Part shown: positions 1 to 9,674 of the stretch, one piece after another | Numbering within the stretch: the first letter of the stretch is position 1 | Layout: each line of letters opens with the position of its first letter | Program-made: the position numbers and the translations under genes | Virus record (IMG/VR): IMGVR_UViG_3300017774_005745 | Coordinates: 132,808 to 196,807 of that record | Length of the DNA stretch: 64,000 nucleotides | From: a virus | Direction: 5' to 3' (one strand) | The notes under the pieces: model-generated | What the model was told of the DNA's origin: nothing | Database searches by the model: none | The model's input: only the letters and a program-made list of their open reading frames with translations

Positions 1-149
1 CCGGATGAGGTTCTCCGCATCCATCTGAATGCGATGGACGTCACTGTTCGTCGCAGTGTTTTTCCACTGAACATGACGAGCCATGAAGCTCGCAGTCTTG
101 AGGAGGAAGTACAACGCTCTGAATGCGAGCCTGCTGTTGTCCGTTGTGA
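1..149 (-). CDS. Hypothetical protein, runs off the window edge (MITTDNSRLAFRALYF...)
   Basis: Manual translation: open frame from GTG at ~149 to the window start. Confidence 0.4.
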
Positions 150-160
150 TCACGGCAGCC

Positions 161-406
161 TCAGGTCTTCACGATGACGAGTTCAGGGAGCGTGACCTGC
201 TCCCCCTTCTTGAACGCCTCCATCTCCGTCGAACTGAGCTGGAGCAGGAGGGAAATCCGAGCGTTCAACCCGACGTACAGCTGCAGGGTGTCCGCGTATG
301 AGGCAGGGATGTTGGTGTACAAGGAACCTCCGTTCTTGTACGCCACGGTGACGGTCAGCTTTTCGGTTGACGGCATACAGCCTCCTTTAAACGGGGTGAG
401 AACCAA
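161..406 (-). CDS. Hypothetical protein (start may be 376)
   Basis: ORF track; part of a minus-strand gene run. Confidence 0.5.
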   Translation of the reverse strand: MVLTPFKGGCMPSTEKLTVTVAYKNGGSLYTNIPASYADTLQLYVGLNARISLLLQLSSTEMEAFKKGEQVTLPELVIVKT

Positions 407-462
407 GAGAATGACCTTCTCGATTCAACCTTCTTATCCCGCTCAAAGGAGGCTTTTTGCTC

Positions 463-957
463 TCACAGTGGCGTCTTTTCGATGCTGCCGGTGGTGGTCG
501 TCGTTGACGGCCCCTTACGCAGCGTGTTCTTCAGACCTGCTCTGGCGATGGCATCATCGAGGTTTGCGTTCACTGTCTTCATCAGACCCTGCAGAAGCTT
601 TGCATCGTTGTTGGAATCGGCTTCTGACATAGCCCCGATGTGTTCGAAGAGCACCTCCAGAGAGGGCTCGATTCCGACGTGAATACACGCCTCCCAGAGA
701 ACCTCATCCAGGTAGAAGACCTGTCGAAGAGCCAGGAGACCCGTGTAGACGGAGGAAAGCTTCGGCACTGCTACTTCTGCCAGATACACCTCGACAGATA
801 CGTTGCTGGCATCGGCTCCTGCTTTGACTGCCTCCGGAGAGTTGTCGACCTTGAACTTCTCTGGGTGTGCTTCGACCATCCTCAGAAGCACAGCTCGAAG
901 CGCAACAAGAAAAGTATCCCTGTTGCGTGCGATGTCAGCGGATGACAGAGGGCCCAT
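463..957 (-). CDS. Hypothetical protein
   Basis: 164-aa ORF, coupled to the upstream gene. Confidence 0.6.
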   Translation of the reverse strand: MGPLSSADIARNRDTFLVALRAVLLRMVEAHPEKFKVDNSPEAVKAGADASNVSVEVYLAEVAVPKLSSVYTGLLALRQVFYLDEVLWEACIHVGIEPSLEVLFEHIGAMSEADSNNDAKLLQGLMKTVNANLDDAIARAGLKNTLRKGPSTTTTTGSIEKTPL

Positions 958-1355
958 TAGCAGCCTCGGAACTTCTTCTCTTCCTTCGGAACCTTGGGCT
1001 GCTCTTCGGGAAACGCCGTGTCCATGAACTCGTAGACCTCTTGAAGCGTGATGCTCTCGAAACCAAGCGTCTTGAACGCGTTGGTGACCGTCTCGTTGAG
1101 GACGAGGACCTGCTGCAGGAGGACCTTGTCCAGGAAGTGGTCGGCGAACTTCACCGCGTACTCTGCCGTCCTGGTGTCAGGGTGGAAGTGTCCTGGGTTG
1201 TGGAGGGACTGAAGAGTGATGCTGTTCACGAGTGCGGCGTGAAGCTCCGCCGCCTTCTGATGGTAGGGCATGGTTCTGAAGTTCTTCCGCGCGACTTCCT
1301 TCGTGTAGGGGTCCGTGAGTGACTGTTGTTTGTTCTGGACGAGGAGGCTCTGCAT
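957..1355 (-). CDS. Hypothetical protein
   Basis: 132-aa ORF with AG-rich RBS. Confidence 0.6.
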   Translation of the reverse strand: MQSLLVQNKQQSLTDPYTKEVARKNFRTMPYHQKAAELHAALVNSITLQSLHNPGHFHPDTRTAEYAVKFADHFLDKVLLQQVLVLNETVTNAFKTLGFESITLQEVYEFMDTAFPEEQPKVPKEEKKFRGC

Positions 1356-1432
1356 GTGATTGCTCTTTCTCTCTCAGGATGAGAGTCCTGCGGGGTGGGT
1401 ACTTCGAGGGAAGGTATGTGAGCGCAATCAAA

Positions 1433-1462
1433 GAGGCGGCCCCAGTTTCCCAGGGCCGCCTC
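1433..1462 (-). terminator. Intrinsic terminator-like hairpin
   Basis: GAGGCGGCCC...GGGCCGCCTC followed by TTTGATT on the minus strand. Confidence 0.6.
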
Positions 1463-1655
1463 CAACTACGCTTTAGACTAGTTTTATTTGGTTTAGGTAC
1501 AACTGTTGGCTTACAGCTATGAACTATGACGGGTTCTCCGAGACGTTTTATTATTAGACGCGACAGCTACCAAGCCTGCCTTCGAGCATTTCCAGACTCT
1601 CATTTCTCGGCAAACGTCTAAATCCGAGACGCATCTCCAGAACCATACTCTGGAA

Positions 1656-2069
1656 TCAGATTACAGTACTACGGAGTAGAAAACGCATGTACTCCTCCTT
1701 TGGGACTTTCTTGAGGAAGGAATCACCCATGAACGCTTTGTCTCTCCTTCTGTTGTTTTCGATGGAGTTATTCAGCAGGGCTTCGCTGAGGGTGAGTCTT
1801 GTCTCGAAGTAGCCCGGAGACACGCTACGGTGTTTTCTACCGTCGTGAGGAGCTCTCGGAATGGGCCACGAAACCAGGGGAACCAGCCGAGACCGTACCT
1901 TGTAGCTCTGTGCCACATCCGCAAGGACCATGCATCGACTACACACCTTGAGCTTCAGTTGGAAATCGAAATGAGTGTGTAGTGCATCAGGAACGTTCGA
2001 CTGCTGGTTCATGAGGATGTCGAACGCTCTACACATGAAGAGCGGGTTGAACCGACTACTCAAAGTCAT
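1656..2069 (-). CDS. Hypothetical protein (3' part of the tracked 278-aa ORF)
   Basis: ATG at 2069 follows the stop of 2077-2478. Confidence 0.45.
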   Translation of the reverse strand: MTLSSRFNPLFMCRAFDILMNQQSNVPDALHTHFDFQLKLKVCSRCMVLADVAQSYKVRSRLVPLVSWPIPRAPHDGRKHRSVSPGYFETRLTLSEALLNNSIENNRRRDKAFMGDSFLKKVPKEEYMRFLLRSTVI

Positions 2070-2076
2070 GAACACT

Positions 2077-2478
2077 TCAGACCTCCACGCGGTAGTACGG
2101 CATCCCTCCAGGAAGCGCGGGCCACATCTCCTTGGGCATGAGGCAGGTGACCTTCTTGGTGGCCATTCCGAGCACCATGAGAGCCTCCATGTCGTGGTGC
2201 TCTCCCCACTGCTCACCATCGAACCGCATGCAGGCTCGGAGGAAGGACATTCCTCCACCCTTGGTTGCGTAGAACTCTTCGGGGAGCTGTCGAAGCAGCG
2301 TCTCGATGTCCTTCGACTTCTCTTCGAGCCGAGAAGGGTGAAGAGCGAAAGCGTGGATGACACCAGGCACCAGCACGGACCCTTCCGGAGGTCTCTTGGA
2401 GTGGGCAAGTTCCTCTTCGTTGTACAGGCAGTACATGAGGATGTTTTCCACATTCTTCGACGTGAGTTCGATGACCAT
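2077..2478 (-). CDS. Conserved phage hypothetical protein (GGGxSFLxAC...GxQW...PGGMPY motif)
   Basis: Motif recalled from phage hypotheticals; RBS GGAGG. Confidence 0.65.
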   Translation of the reverse strand: MVIELTSKNVENILMYCLYNEEELAHSKRPPEGSVLVPGVIHAFALHPSRLEEKSKDIETLLRQLPEEFYATKGGGMSFLRACMRFDGEQWGEHHDMEALMVLGMATKKVTCLMPKEMWPALPGGMPYYRVEV

Positions 2479-2524
2479 TTCTTACCTCCCAAGTAGGGAA
2501 AGAGAAGTTTGATTACCTCTCAAA

Positions 2525-2770
2525 CTACTTATACTCGTGATTTGCGATGTTTTTGATGAATCGCGAACCACACGGAAGGCACATGTAGAAAGGACGATGA
2601 CCTGTCAGAGGATACATTCCTCCGTACATGGTGGGACTCCTTCCAGAGTACATCTGAATGTCTACTGAGATGTAGGGGTCTCGGACATGACGCTTTCCTT
2701 CGAGTCCTGGGACGTCGACGAACGTATCTACGAACTCCTTCTGACACACCGCACAGGTTCCCCCACTCAA
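2525..2770 (-). CDS. Small Cys-rich (CxxC...CxxC) protein
   Basis: ORF track. Confidence 0.5.
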   Translation of the reverse strand: MSGGTCAVCQKEFVDTFVDVPGLEGKRHVRDPYISVDIQMYSGRSPTMYGGMYPLTGHRPFYMCLPCGSRFIKNIANHEYK

Positions 2771-2979
2771 TTGAGCATCCGAATGCAGTACATCCGTGAG
2801 TGTCCTTCTGCTTCACACTCTTTGATGAGCTCGGCCTCGTTCCAGATGAGGAGCGCGAGGACGGCAATGACGATAATCGCAATGATGATTGCGAAGAGCA
2901 CGTCAGTGACTTTTTTGAGGAGTGACTTTCGGGATTTCAAGCAGAAAACTCCAATCTCTGTCCTTGAGCGTGTTCCCAA
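2767..2979 (-). CDS. Small membrane protein (start uncertain)
   Basis: Hydrophobic stretch VLFAIIIAIIVIAVLALLIW. Confidence 0.4.
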   Translation of the reverse strand: MGTRSRTEIGVFCLKSRKSLLKKVTDVLFAIIIAIIVIAVLALLIWNEAELIKECEAEGHSRMYCIRMLN

Positions 2980-3433
2980 GGAATTTCTTGAGGACTCTTT
3001 TTACCTTCCAAACGCCTTTTCGCCAATCTTTCCCTGAGCGCATCTTCTCGTAAGGGTCTCCTCCCCATACATAATGATGCCTTTGAGAACGTTCTACGGC
3101 TTCCTGAACGTTGGGAGAGATGCGTCTTGCAAGCGCGAGCTCTAATTGAGCGACTCCGCAATCCTCTCCTTTTGTAAAGTCGTTTAGAATCAAATGGGAC
3201 GCTTCGTGAAGGACATCGAGCACGTCTTCCATCGACCTCACTCCAGATGGATGGATAGGGAGGAAGACGAACTGATGAATCTTCTGGATGCGAATCGCTT
3301 CTGCGTTGCTGGGTGCTGCTCCAACGCTAAAATGCTTGATACCTTCGATATCTCCGTCGTACTCAACGAAGTTGACGTTGAAAGTGAGAAGAAGTGTCTT
3401 CACCTTTTTGAGGTACTTTTGATGTTTATGCAT
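2903..3433 (-). CDS. Hypothetical protein
   Basis: 176-aa ORF. Confidence 0.55.
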   Translation of the reverse strand: MHKHQKYLKKVKTLLLTFNVNFVEYDGDIEGIKHFSVGAAPSNAEAIRIQKIHQFVFLPIHPSGVRSMEDVLDVLHEASHLILNDFTKGEDCGVAQLELALARRISPNVQEAVERSQRHHYVWGGDPYEKMRSGKDWRKGVWKVKRVLKKFLGNTLKDRDWSFLLEIPKVTPQKSH

Positions 3434-3438
3434 AATGA

Positions 3439-3468
3439 AAGAGGGGCTCTCAATTGAGAGCCCCTCTT
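3439..3468. terminator. Perfect 30-bp palindrome, probable terminator
   Basis: aagaggggctctcaa/ttgagagcccctctt, immediately downstream of the BRO gene. Confidence 0.6.
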
Positions 3469-3484
3469 CATCCTTTCAGAACGC

Positions 3485-4711
3485 TTACTTCGTGCTGGGG
3501 TTGTGCTCGCGGTAATCCGTGGGCTCCGGCAGTGTGTTGATCTCACTCTGCGTCGGGAACCCGAGTGCCTTGAGAACTCCCGTCACCACACTCGGACTCC
3601 AGTAGTTGCGCCACACGAACTTGCCGTCTTCCATCACGAACCAGGTCGTCATTCCCACGCCGAAGATGCTGAAGACGGGGAGGTTCTCCTTGTCGAGGAA
3701 AGTTGCGATTCCCTTGAAGTAGCCTCCTCGCTCCTTGATGAGCTTCTGGATTTGAACATTGGGCAGCTCGTGTCCGAGGCCATTCACGAACTTCTTGATG
3801 GGGTCTCGCACCTGGTCTGCCGTCTTGTTCACGAGGTTGCCGATCTCCTCCGCAGAGAGGTAGTCGGTGAAGTTCGGGTGCTTCTGGTGACCAGTGAGGA
3901 AGAACCCACGAATCTGGTCGAAGTTCGGCGTGAGCGAGGACGCCTGGACGTTCGACACCGGAACCATCTGCGTGGCGTCCTTGTACGAGACACGACCGCT
4001 GACGGTACCGATGTTCACGACGTCCCTGAGAGACTCTGCCTTGTACTTCTGGAGCTGAGTCTCGCGAACGGAGTCGAGCGTTGCTCTGATGTCGGCCTTC
4101 GAGAAGACATTCCACTTCTTCCCGAACTCCAGCGTCTTCATGAGCATGTCGAGCGCCGTCTCCCCCTTCGGAGACACGTCGAGAGTGAGCTGCTTTGCCT
4201 TCGGAGCAGCACGCACAGCGGCTTTCTTGACCGTGGGAGCGCTCTTCTTGGGAGCTGACTTGGGAGCAGTCTTCGTGGCCGGAGCAGCGACGATGGTCTT
4301 CGTATCGTTCTTTTCGGACATGGTTTCCTCTTGTGAGTTTTGCTGGGGGACGACGTCTGGGATCTGAGCGAGCAGCTCTTGGCGAAGCTTTTCTGCAACT
4401 TCGGACTTACTCTTGAAGATGACCTTCATCACACCCTTCATCGTGAGGAAGCTCATGGAGTTTGCAGAGCTGGTGTCGAAATCAGGCAGAAACTTTCTGA
4501 TTTGCGCCAGGTACAGGGCGTCGAGAATGATTTTGTCATCCTTCTCGAACTCATCGGACCACGCCCCTGAGATGTGGTCAGAGAGCTTCTGACCTTCCTT
4601 GGTGTACCCCAACACATTGCCGATGACTTTGGTGGGGGTAACCCAGACACCCGAGGGCATCTGGATGAACTTGATGCTGATGACTCCGAAATTCACTTCT
4701 TTTGTACGCAT
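3485..4711 (-). CDS. BRO-N domain DNA-binding (antirepressor-like) protein
   Basis: N-terminal WV..KVIGNVLGY...FLTMKGVMKVIFKSKSEVAEKL pattern; K/A/P-rich linker. Confidence 0.65.
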   Translation of the reverse strand: MRTKEVNFGVISIKFIQMPSGVWVTPTKVIGNVLGYTKEGQKLSDHISGAWSDEFEKDDKIILDALYLAQIRKFLPDFDTSSANSMSFLTMKGVMKVIFKSKSEVAEKLRQELLAQIPDVVPQQNSQEETMSEKNDTKTIVAAPATKTAPKSAPKKSAPTVKKAAVRAAPKAKQLTLDVSPKGETALDMLMKTLEFGKKWNVFSKADIRATLDSVRETQLQKYKAESLRDVVNIGTVSGRVSYKDATQMVPVSNVQASSLTPNFDQIRGFFLTGHQKHPNFTDYLSAEEIGNLVNKTADQVRDPIKKFVNGLGHELPNVQIQKLIKERGGYFKGIATFLDKENLPVFSIFGVGMTTWFVMEDGKFVWRNYWSPSVVTGVLKALGFPTQSEINTLPEPTDYREHNPSTK

Positions 4712-4746
4712 GAATCAGCCCCTCCTTAGGGCTTCAGGTGAGACTA

Positions 4747-4953
4747 CTACTTGGGGCTGACACGGCCTGATTTCAACTGTTTTTTCAACGCTTTGTTCTC
4801 TTTGATGAGCTCCGTGACCCTGTCGATCCACCCGATTTCGATTTCGATGGCGATTTGGACGAGGGCCTGTTTGACGACGGGGCGGAGCTTGAGGTTGTAG
4901 ATGCTTGAGTAGATTTCTTGCTTTCGCTTTCGAGTTTGCGAACTGCTATACAT
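4747..4953 (-). CDS. Hypothetical protein
   Basis: ORF track; overlaps 4785-5138. Confidence 0.35.
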   Translation of the reverse strand: MYSSSQTRKRKQEIYSSIYNLKLRPVVKQALVQIAIEIEIGWIDRVTELIKENKALKKQLKSGRVSPK

Positions 4954-5138
4954 TTTGTATCCCCCTCCAGGCAGCCTGCTTCGTGTTCGACGCAGAAATA
5001 ACCGGTCCCCTCACAGTCCTCGCAGTCGACTGTTTCTGGTTCTTTGCACTTACAGGAGAGGCTGGTCTCGAAGCAGCCGTCGCAGCGAGTGCCTCCTCCA
5101 TTACAGTCGAAGTGATCCTTGATGACGCACTTTTTCAT
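4785..5138 (-). CDS. Cys-rich hypothetical protein
   Basis: Multiple CxxC motifs including CEDCEGTG. Confidence 0.45.
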   Translation of the reverse strand: MKKCVIKDHFDCNGGGTRCDGCFETSLSCKCKEPETVDCEDCEGTGYFCVEHEAGCLEGDTKCIAVRKLESESKKSTQASTTSSSAPSSNRPSSKSPSKSKSGGSTGSRSSSKRTKR

Positions 5139-5449
5139 TAGTACCCCAAGAACTTCTTGCGAAGTTCGACGAACACTTCGAGTTCTTCGTTGTTTGGTTT
5201 CTGGTCAGCAAGCGCCCCTGCGAGCCTCGTGAAGTCGAGGTTGAGGAGCGTGTTGGGATTCGGAAGCTGGTTGGTCCAAATCTTCAGAAACGCATCGCAC
5301 TCTTCTTTCGAAGCACCCGCCTTGGTGAGAACACGTCGAAGGCGGATACCCCTCACAAGCTTACTGGCCTGTGCTTGCCCCTTGGCGTCGCCTGCGAGGT
5401 CCTGAGGGAAGAACTCATCAACAACCCTTCCCTGCTTGGAGTACTTCAC
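5138..5449 (-). CDS. Hypothetical protein
   Basis: ORF coupled to its neighbours. Confidence 0.6.
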   Translation of the reverse strand: MKYSKQGRVVDEFFPQDLAGDAKGQAQASKLVRGIRLRRVLTKAGASKEECDAFLKIWTNQLPNPNTLLNLDFTRLAGALADQKPNNEELEVFVELRKKFLGY

Positions 5450-5955
5450 TGGCGTGCCTCCTGGGGCTTTGGGGGCTTCGTCATGATGATTCTGTGCTTG
5501 CCGACCTGTTCCTCGTTGATTACCTGGACGATGGCCATCGCGTTCTCCTCATTTGGGTGAGGATTGAAGGTCCAATCGTCTGGTGCCCCTTTGAACCCAA
5601 AGAAGTACGCGATAGCTATCATCGCAGTAGGGGTCGGGAATCCGAAGGCAGTGGCCACCGTGAGATGGCGCAAATCGACTTGGATTTCCGTCATCGGAGT
5701 TGTTGGATCGTCCGCACTCTGTGAGAGTGCCTTGATTCGATCGACGGTGAAACAGATGTAGTACTCGACCGTCACGCCACTCGGGTCAGCAAGAGGGACA
5801 ACTCTGGAGTGTTCTTTGCCATCCAGAATACCAGCAAGCTTCTGCTGAGTGCGGGGTTGTGTTGTATCGAGAATGTTCTCCTCTCGATTCGAGTACTCTC
5901 GAAGTTCAGCGAGAACAGGTTCGGCAGGACTTCCTCGAATGATGGCAAAATGCAC
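5446..5955 (-). CDS. Hypothetical protein
   Basis: RBS AGGAGAGG, GTG start. Confidence 0.6.
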   Translation of the reverse strand: MHFAIIRGSPAEPVLAELREYSNREENILDTTQPRTQQKLAGILDGKEHSRVVPLADPSGVTVEYYICFTVDRIKALSQSADDPTTPMTEIQVDLRHLTVATAFGFPTPTAMIAIAYFFGFKGAPDDWTFNPHPNEENAMAIVQVINEEQVGKHRIIMTKPPKPQEARQ

Positions 5956-6019
5956 GACCTCTCCTTTTGACCCACGAAGGGTCTAGATGAAGACAGGATG
6001 TCTTCTGTTTTCTTATACC

Positions 6020-6523
6020 TTACTTCTTGCTCTTCTTCGATGGGCCGTAGTCCTTGGAGCTGAACTCCTTGAACCTCAGTTCCATCTCTTTGTTGAGCCT
6101 TCTCCAGATAGCAGGACTGATGAGAAGTTCAATCTCTCTCGAAGAGCTGTAGTACCTTCTCTGGACTCCAATCCAGATGCCCGCCTCTTTGTAGATTCCT
6201 TTTGCCCCGAAGACAGGACCAACTCGGAAGTCTAGTTTCTGACCGGCGCTATCTACGAGGTCAATCTGTGTATCGCGAACACCTTCAGGGAAGAAGTCTC
6301 CCCAAACTCCCTTATCCACTTTCGGAGCCTTATCGTACTGCTCCTTTGCCTTCGGATAGTACTTCTTCCAGGCTGCGTCTTCGAGCTTCCGAAGTGGGCC
6401 GCATGCGGCAATCGCATCGTCCCACTCCTTACGGCGCTTATTGTGCTGCTCCATCTTCCTTTCGAGCTTTGTCAGTTTTACCTTTTCGCTTGCTGGCTTC
6501 GAGCTCTTTGAGTCTTTGGTCAT
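6020..6523 (-). CDS. Basic hypothetical protein
   Basis: ATG at 6523 within the tracked 6020-6670 ORF. Confidence 0.55.
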   Translation of the reverse strand: MTKDSKSSKPASEKVKLTKLERKMEQHNKRRKEWDDAIAACGPLRKLEDAAWKKYYPKAKEQYDKAPKVDKGVWGDFFPEGVRDTQIDLVDSAGQKLDFRVGPVFGAKGIYKEAGIWIGVQRRYYSSSREIELLISPAIWRRLNKEMELRFKEFSSKDYGPSKKSKK

Positions 6524-6710
6524 GATTGCTTTTCCATTGCATGAACTCGACGAGCATCCAATGGACTCGGGTCCCGACTTCCTTGGACCCTCCCATAACG
6601 AATCCCTCGACGAGCTGTGAGACAAAGTACCTTTTGAATTTATCGTAAGACCAGAGAAGGAAGTCCTCACTCTCGTCTTTGTATTCTAGTTCTCTACTAT
6701 AGATCGTCAT
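6438..6710 (-). CDS. Hypothetical protein
   Basis: ATG at 6710 within the tracked ORF. Confidence 0.45.
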   Translation of the reverse strand: MTIYSRELEYKDESEDFLLWSYDKFKRYFVSQLVEGFVMGGSKEVGTRVHWMLVEFMQWKSNHDQRLKELEASKRKGKTDKARKEDGAAQ

Positions 6711-6912
6711 CGTCCTTAGTCTCCTGCTCTTTGACTTTGGGGAGTTTTTCGTACGCCTTACAGAAGGCGCATCCAGCACGATGCGCTGCTGCTGCATGCC
6801 GTGCTGAAGGGTAGTCGTCTATGTAGGGGTCATGCTCTTCGTAGTGCAGTCGAAGAGCATGCATTGCGATGTCAATCTGAGCGTCTGGCCACTGGATTAG
6901 GTGTCGAGCCAT
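6697..6912 (-). CDS. Hypothetical protein
   Basis: ORF track. Confidence 0.45.
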   Translation of the reverse strand: MARHLIQWPDAQIDIAMHALRLHYEEHDPYIDDYPSARHAAAAHRAGCAFCKAYEKLPKVKEQETKDDDDL

Positions 6913-7148
6913 TCGATTTGAGTTCTCCCCTCGTGTCCGTGGATGTTCTCTACCACTTGGATAGAGTCGTACACGTTGACCGCTCCGTAGTGGCTGAACC
7001 AGGTCAGCGCGATCTTACCTCCGCTGAACATGACGCCCTCTGCGACGATTCCTGTGCCGCTCGTCCCAGTGGCGTCTTCCATTCTGTTGAGCACGAATCG
7101 CTTGGCGAAGCACTTCTTGACTGTCGGTGTCTTTGTTTGTTCAGTCAT
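6897..7148 (-). CDS. Widespread phage hypothetical protein (RF.L.R.ED.SG.SGTG.VAEG motif)
   Basis: RFVLNRMEDATGTSGTGIVAEGV...HGHEG motif recalled from many phages. Confidence 0.7.
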   Translation of the reverse strand: MTEQTKTPTVKKCFAKRFVLNRMEDATGTSGTGIVAEGVMFSGGKIALTWFSHYGAVNVYDSIQVVENIHGHEGRTQIEWLDT

Positions 7149-7260
7149 TGAGCTCTCAGAAAGTCTACGGTGTACATGAGGGCAGGCTGAGGTCCCAGCA
7201 GAAGGAAAGCGATCCCGAAGAAGAGAATTGCCTTGAGGAACTTCCGTAGGATGTCAGACA

Positions 7261-7506
7261 TCAAACCTCTGCTCCCGAGTACAGGGAGTCCTGGCAGTTC
7301 TGGCACGTCTTCGAGCGTGCGTACTCTCTCTTCGAGACTTCATTCTTGAATGTGAACGGAGGAGTCTTTCCGCACATAGAACAGTTGTCTGTGTTCTTGT
7401 TGGAGGACTCTCTGGTTTTCGCCTCATCCAGGATTTTCTGAAAATCACCCATCGTGAAAGTCACTGTCTTCAATGATATCTCCATGTCCGACAGTAAGGA
7501 GGGCAT
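7261..7506 (-). CDS. Small Zn-finger-like protein (CSMC...CQNCQD)
   Basis: ORF track. Confidence 0.5.
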   Translation of the reverse strand: MPSLLSDMEISLKTVTFTMGDFQKILDEAKTRESSNKNTDNCSMCGKTPPFTFKNEVSKREYARSKTCQNCQDSLYSGAEV

Positions 7507-7846
7507 CCTCTACTCTCGAACGAAAGTCTGAGACCCATTTCGTCTGTGCTTGGGTCGGTGTTGAGGTTTCGACGTCGAGCCACTCCCCGAGGAGTTTCTC
7601 AAGTCTGGTTTCTCTTCTCTTCACTTCCAAAAGCTCCTGCGCGAGCCTCTCCCTCTCTCTGAATATTCTCCCGAGAGCCTCTTGAACTGCGGAGACAAGT
7701 CGGTCATTCGTCAGACCGAGTCGAACCATCTCAGAGTGAGGATGACATGTCGGAACAACAGCAATGACTGTTCCGTCCTCTCCTCGGATGTATGATTCTT
7801 TCGTCGCTGGGAGGTGGCACTTTGGATATGCGCAGGGGTGATCCAT
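7445..7846 (-). CDS. Hypothetical protein
   Basis: ORF track. Confidence 0.55.
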   Translation of the reverse strand: MDHPCAYPKCHLPATKESYIRGEDGTVIAVVPTCHPHSEMVRLGLTNDRLVSAVQEALGRIFRERERLAQELLEVKRRETRLEKLLGEWLDVETSTPTQAQTKWVSDFRSRVEDALLTVGHGDIIEDSDFHDG

Positions 7847-7866
7847 GCCTACTTCTTACTACGAAT

Positions 7867-8151
7867 CTAAACCGCTGCATCCATCGCAGATTTCATCCTC
7901 TCATACATCTCTACTGCTTCGTTATAGTCTTCCAGGGTCATTGTTCTCATTGACGGGAAGAATGGAAAACCATTGATGGACCTATTTGGCACAGCCTTCG
8001 ATATTTCTTCGTATAGGACAGACACTCTCTTGTCCTTCATTTCTTTGAGTATCTTCTTCGACGCAAAGGCAAGCGGCATGAATATGATAGGAAAGAGCGA
8101 CTCTTGTCCCTTCGGGATTTGAGTTGAGAACAGATACCTATTTTGGATCAT
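7867..8151 (-). CDS. Hypothetical protein
   Basis: ATG at 8151 overlapping the end of the upstream gene. Confidence 0.5.
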   Translation of the reverse strand: MIQNRYLFSTQIPKGQESLFPIIFMPLAFASKKILKEMKDKRVSVLYEEISKAVPNRSINGFPFFPSMRTMTLEDYNEAVEMYERMKSAMDAAV

Positions 8152-8449
8152 GCCCTTCGCCACTTCCTTGATTTGTTCCGGAGTCAGGATGTGGTTTGTT
8201 TTTGTTGAACTCTTCGATGACTTTGTTGAACTCTTTTTCGCAGTCCCAGCAGTACTGGAACGAGCCTTGGTACTGACGGACGGCTTTTTCTGCATCTGAG
8301 AACGCGACGTACGAGACGGAGACATACGGATCACCTGCCATTCTTCCAGGATGTGGATACGGCATGAACCTCGGATTTCTCACCTGCAAGTCGATGAGGA
8401 CTTTGCATCGGTCGCAGTAGAACCCCATTCTGACTTTGTCCCAGCTCAC
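8138..8449 (-). CDS. Cys-containing hypothetical protein
   Basis: ORF track; 4-nt overlap with upstream gene. Confidence 0.5.
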   Translation of the reverse strand: MSWDKVRMGFYCDRCKVLIDLQVRNPRFMPYPHPGRMAGDPYVSVSYVAFSDAEKAVRQYQGSFQYCWDCEKEFNKVIEEFNKNKPHPDSGTNQGSGEGHDPK

Positions 8450-8832
8450 GTAACTGTTCTCCCTCCAGGAGCGAGTCCCGGAAGAGTGTCTCCATCGAGT
8501 CTTGTATAGAGATGAAGAGTGAAGCTGTGCAGATTCACGTAGTCCTCTTCATGAGGGAGCAACTGTACTGCGAGACGTTGTCTACCGATGAAGAGGTCCT
8601 TCACGCTTTTCAGGTCCTGCCACGAAGGCAGCCGATTGGCGTAGGAGAAGCTGATGTGCAGCCAGACTGATTTGTCCTCGAAGTGGTTTTCGACTGTCGC
8701 AATGACACGAAGACCATCTCGGTATGCAAATGCTTTGGTAATTTCGGGTGGAAGGGGGAACTGAGAAGTGTCTATCTCACTCCAGCCGACGGGGAGTACT
8801 TTCGGAAGTACATCTTGAATGCGGTAGGACAC
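8446..8832 (-). CDS. Conserved phage protein (DUF7694-like)
   Basis: WLHISFS...LPSWQDL..VKDLF...QLLP.EEDYVNLH..TLHL motif (recall). Confidence 0.6.
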   Translation of the reverse strand: MSYRIQDVLPKVLPVGWSEIDTSQFPLPPEITKAFAYRDGLRVIATVENHFEDKSVWLHISFSYANRLPSWQDLKSVKDLFIGRQRLAVQLLPHEEDYVNLHSFTLHLYTRLDGDTLPGLAPGGRTVT

Positions 8833-8840
8833 TACTCTCC

Positions 8841-9086
8841 TTAGAGGGGCCCTCCTGGCGTCTCCTTTCCTTCTTGAGAGCGCGTAGCAGAGCCAATGGG
8901 GTGGTAAGCTTCATCTTTGTTAGTAAGCGTGGAAGACGACCCAAGCTCTTTTCCAGAAGTGAACTTCTTGTCTTTTCGAACGACCTTCGGACCGTAGAGT
9001 GCCTTGTATTGCTTCTCTGAGAAGGCAGTCTGTTCTGCAATCTTTACGAGCTCATCGGCGAAGGCAGCAAAGGTCGTTCGGAGCAT
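8841..9086 (-). CDS. Small protein with N-terminal FxxELxKIA motif
   Basis: MLRTTFAAFADELVKIA. Confidence 0.6.
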   Translation of the reverse strand: MLRTTFAAFADELVKIAEQTAFSEKQYKALYGPKVVRKDKKFTSGKELGSSSTLTNKDEAYHPIGSATRSQEGKETPGGPL

Positions 9087-9089
9087 TAC

Positions 9090-9674
9090 TCAATTATACT
9101 CATCCCTCTTCGGAAGGCCACGATAATCGATAACTTCGAAGTTATTGGCCTCGACTGCATCTTGAATGAGCTTCATGAATCCCGTCGACTCCTTAACGAG
9201 TTCGTGGACGGTTTTATGCGCTTCCAAGCTCGACTTCGTGCTGTTTGCCGTCTTGACCATCTCAACGACGGTCTCTGTGACTTTCTTTGTCAAAACCTCA
9301 CAGATAAGTCCGCCTTTGTCGTCCTCCTTGCTCGTCTTTGCGAGGGCCATGACAGAGGCCTGTACGTACGAACGCAGAAGCGCATCGAAGCATGGATTCG
9401 AGCAGAATCCCTTCAGGATGATTCCATCGTCCAGTGCTTCTTCGTCGTCCTTGATGTCCTCGACTCCACGAAGAATCATCTCAATCGACTCCTTCATGAA
9501 CTCCTCTTTGTATCCTTGCGCCTCCGCCTCTTTCAGGAGGGACTCGAAGTTCTTGCGAGAGTTCTCCTGATGATGCTTCGCAGCATCAGGAGGCATCTTC
9601 TCTCCAACAGTTTTGAGATACTTCTCGTGCGCAGCTTCGAGTGCCTCAAGGAGGGCAGGTTTTTCGTTTGCCAT
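9090..9674 (-). CDS. Helical hypothetical protein
   Basis: ATG at 9674 with RBS. Confidence 0.6.
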   Translation of the reverse strand: MANEKPALLEALEAAHEKYLKTVGEKMPPDAAKHHQENSRKNFESLLKEAEAQGYKEEFMKESIEMILRGVEDIKDDEEALDDGIILKGFCSNPCFDALLRSYVQASVMALAKTSKEDDKGGLICEVLTKKVTETVVEMVKTANSTKSSLEAHKTVHELVKESTGFMKLIQDAVEANNFEVIDYRGLPKRDEYN

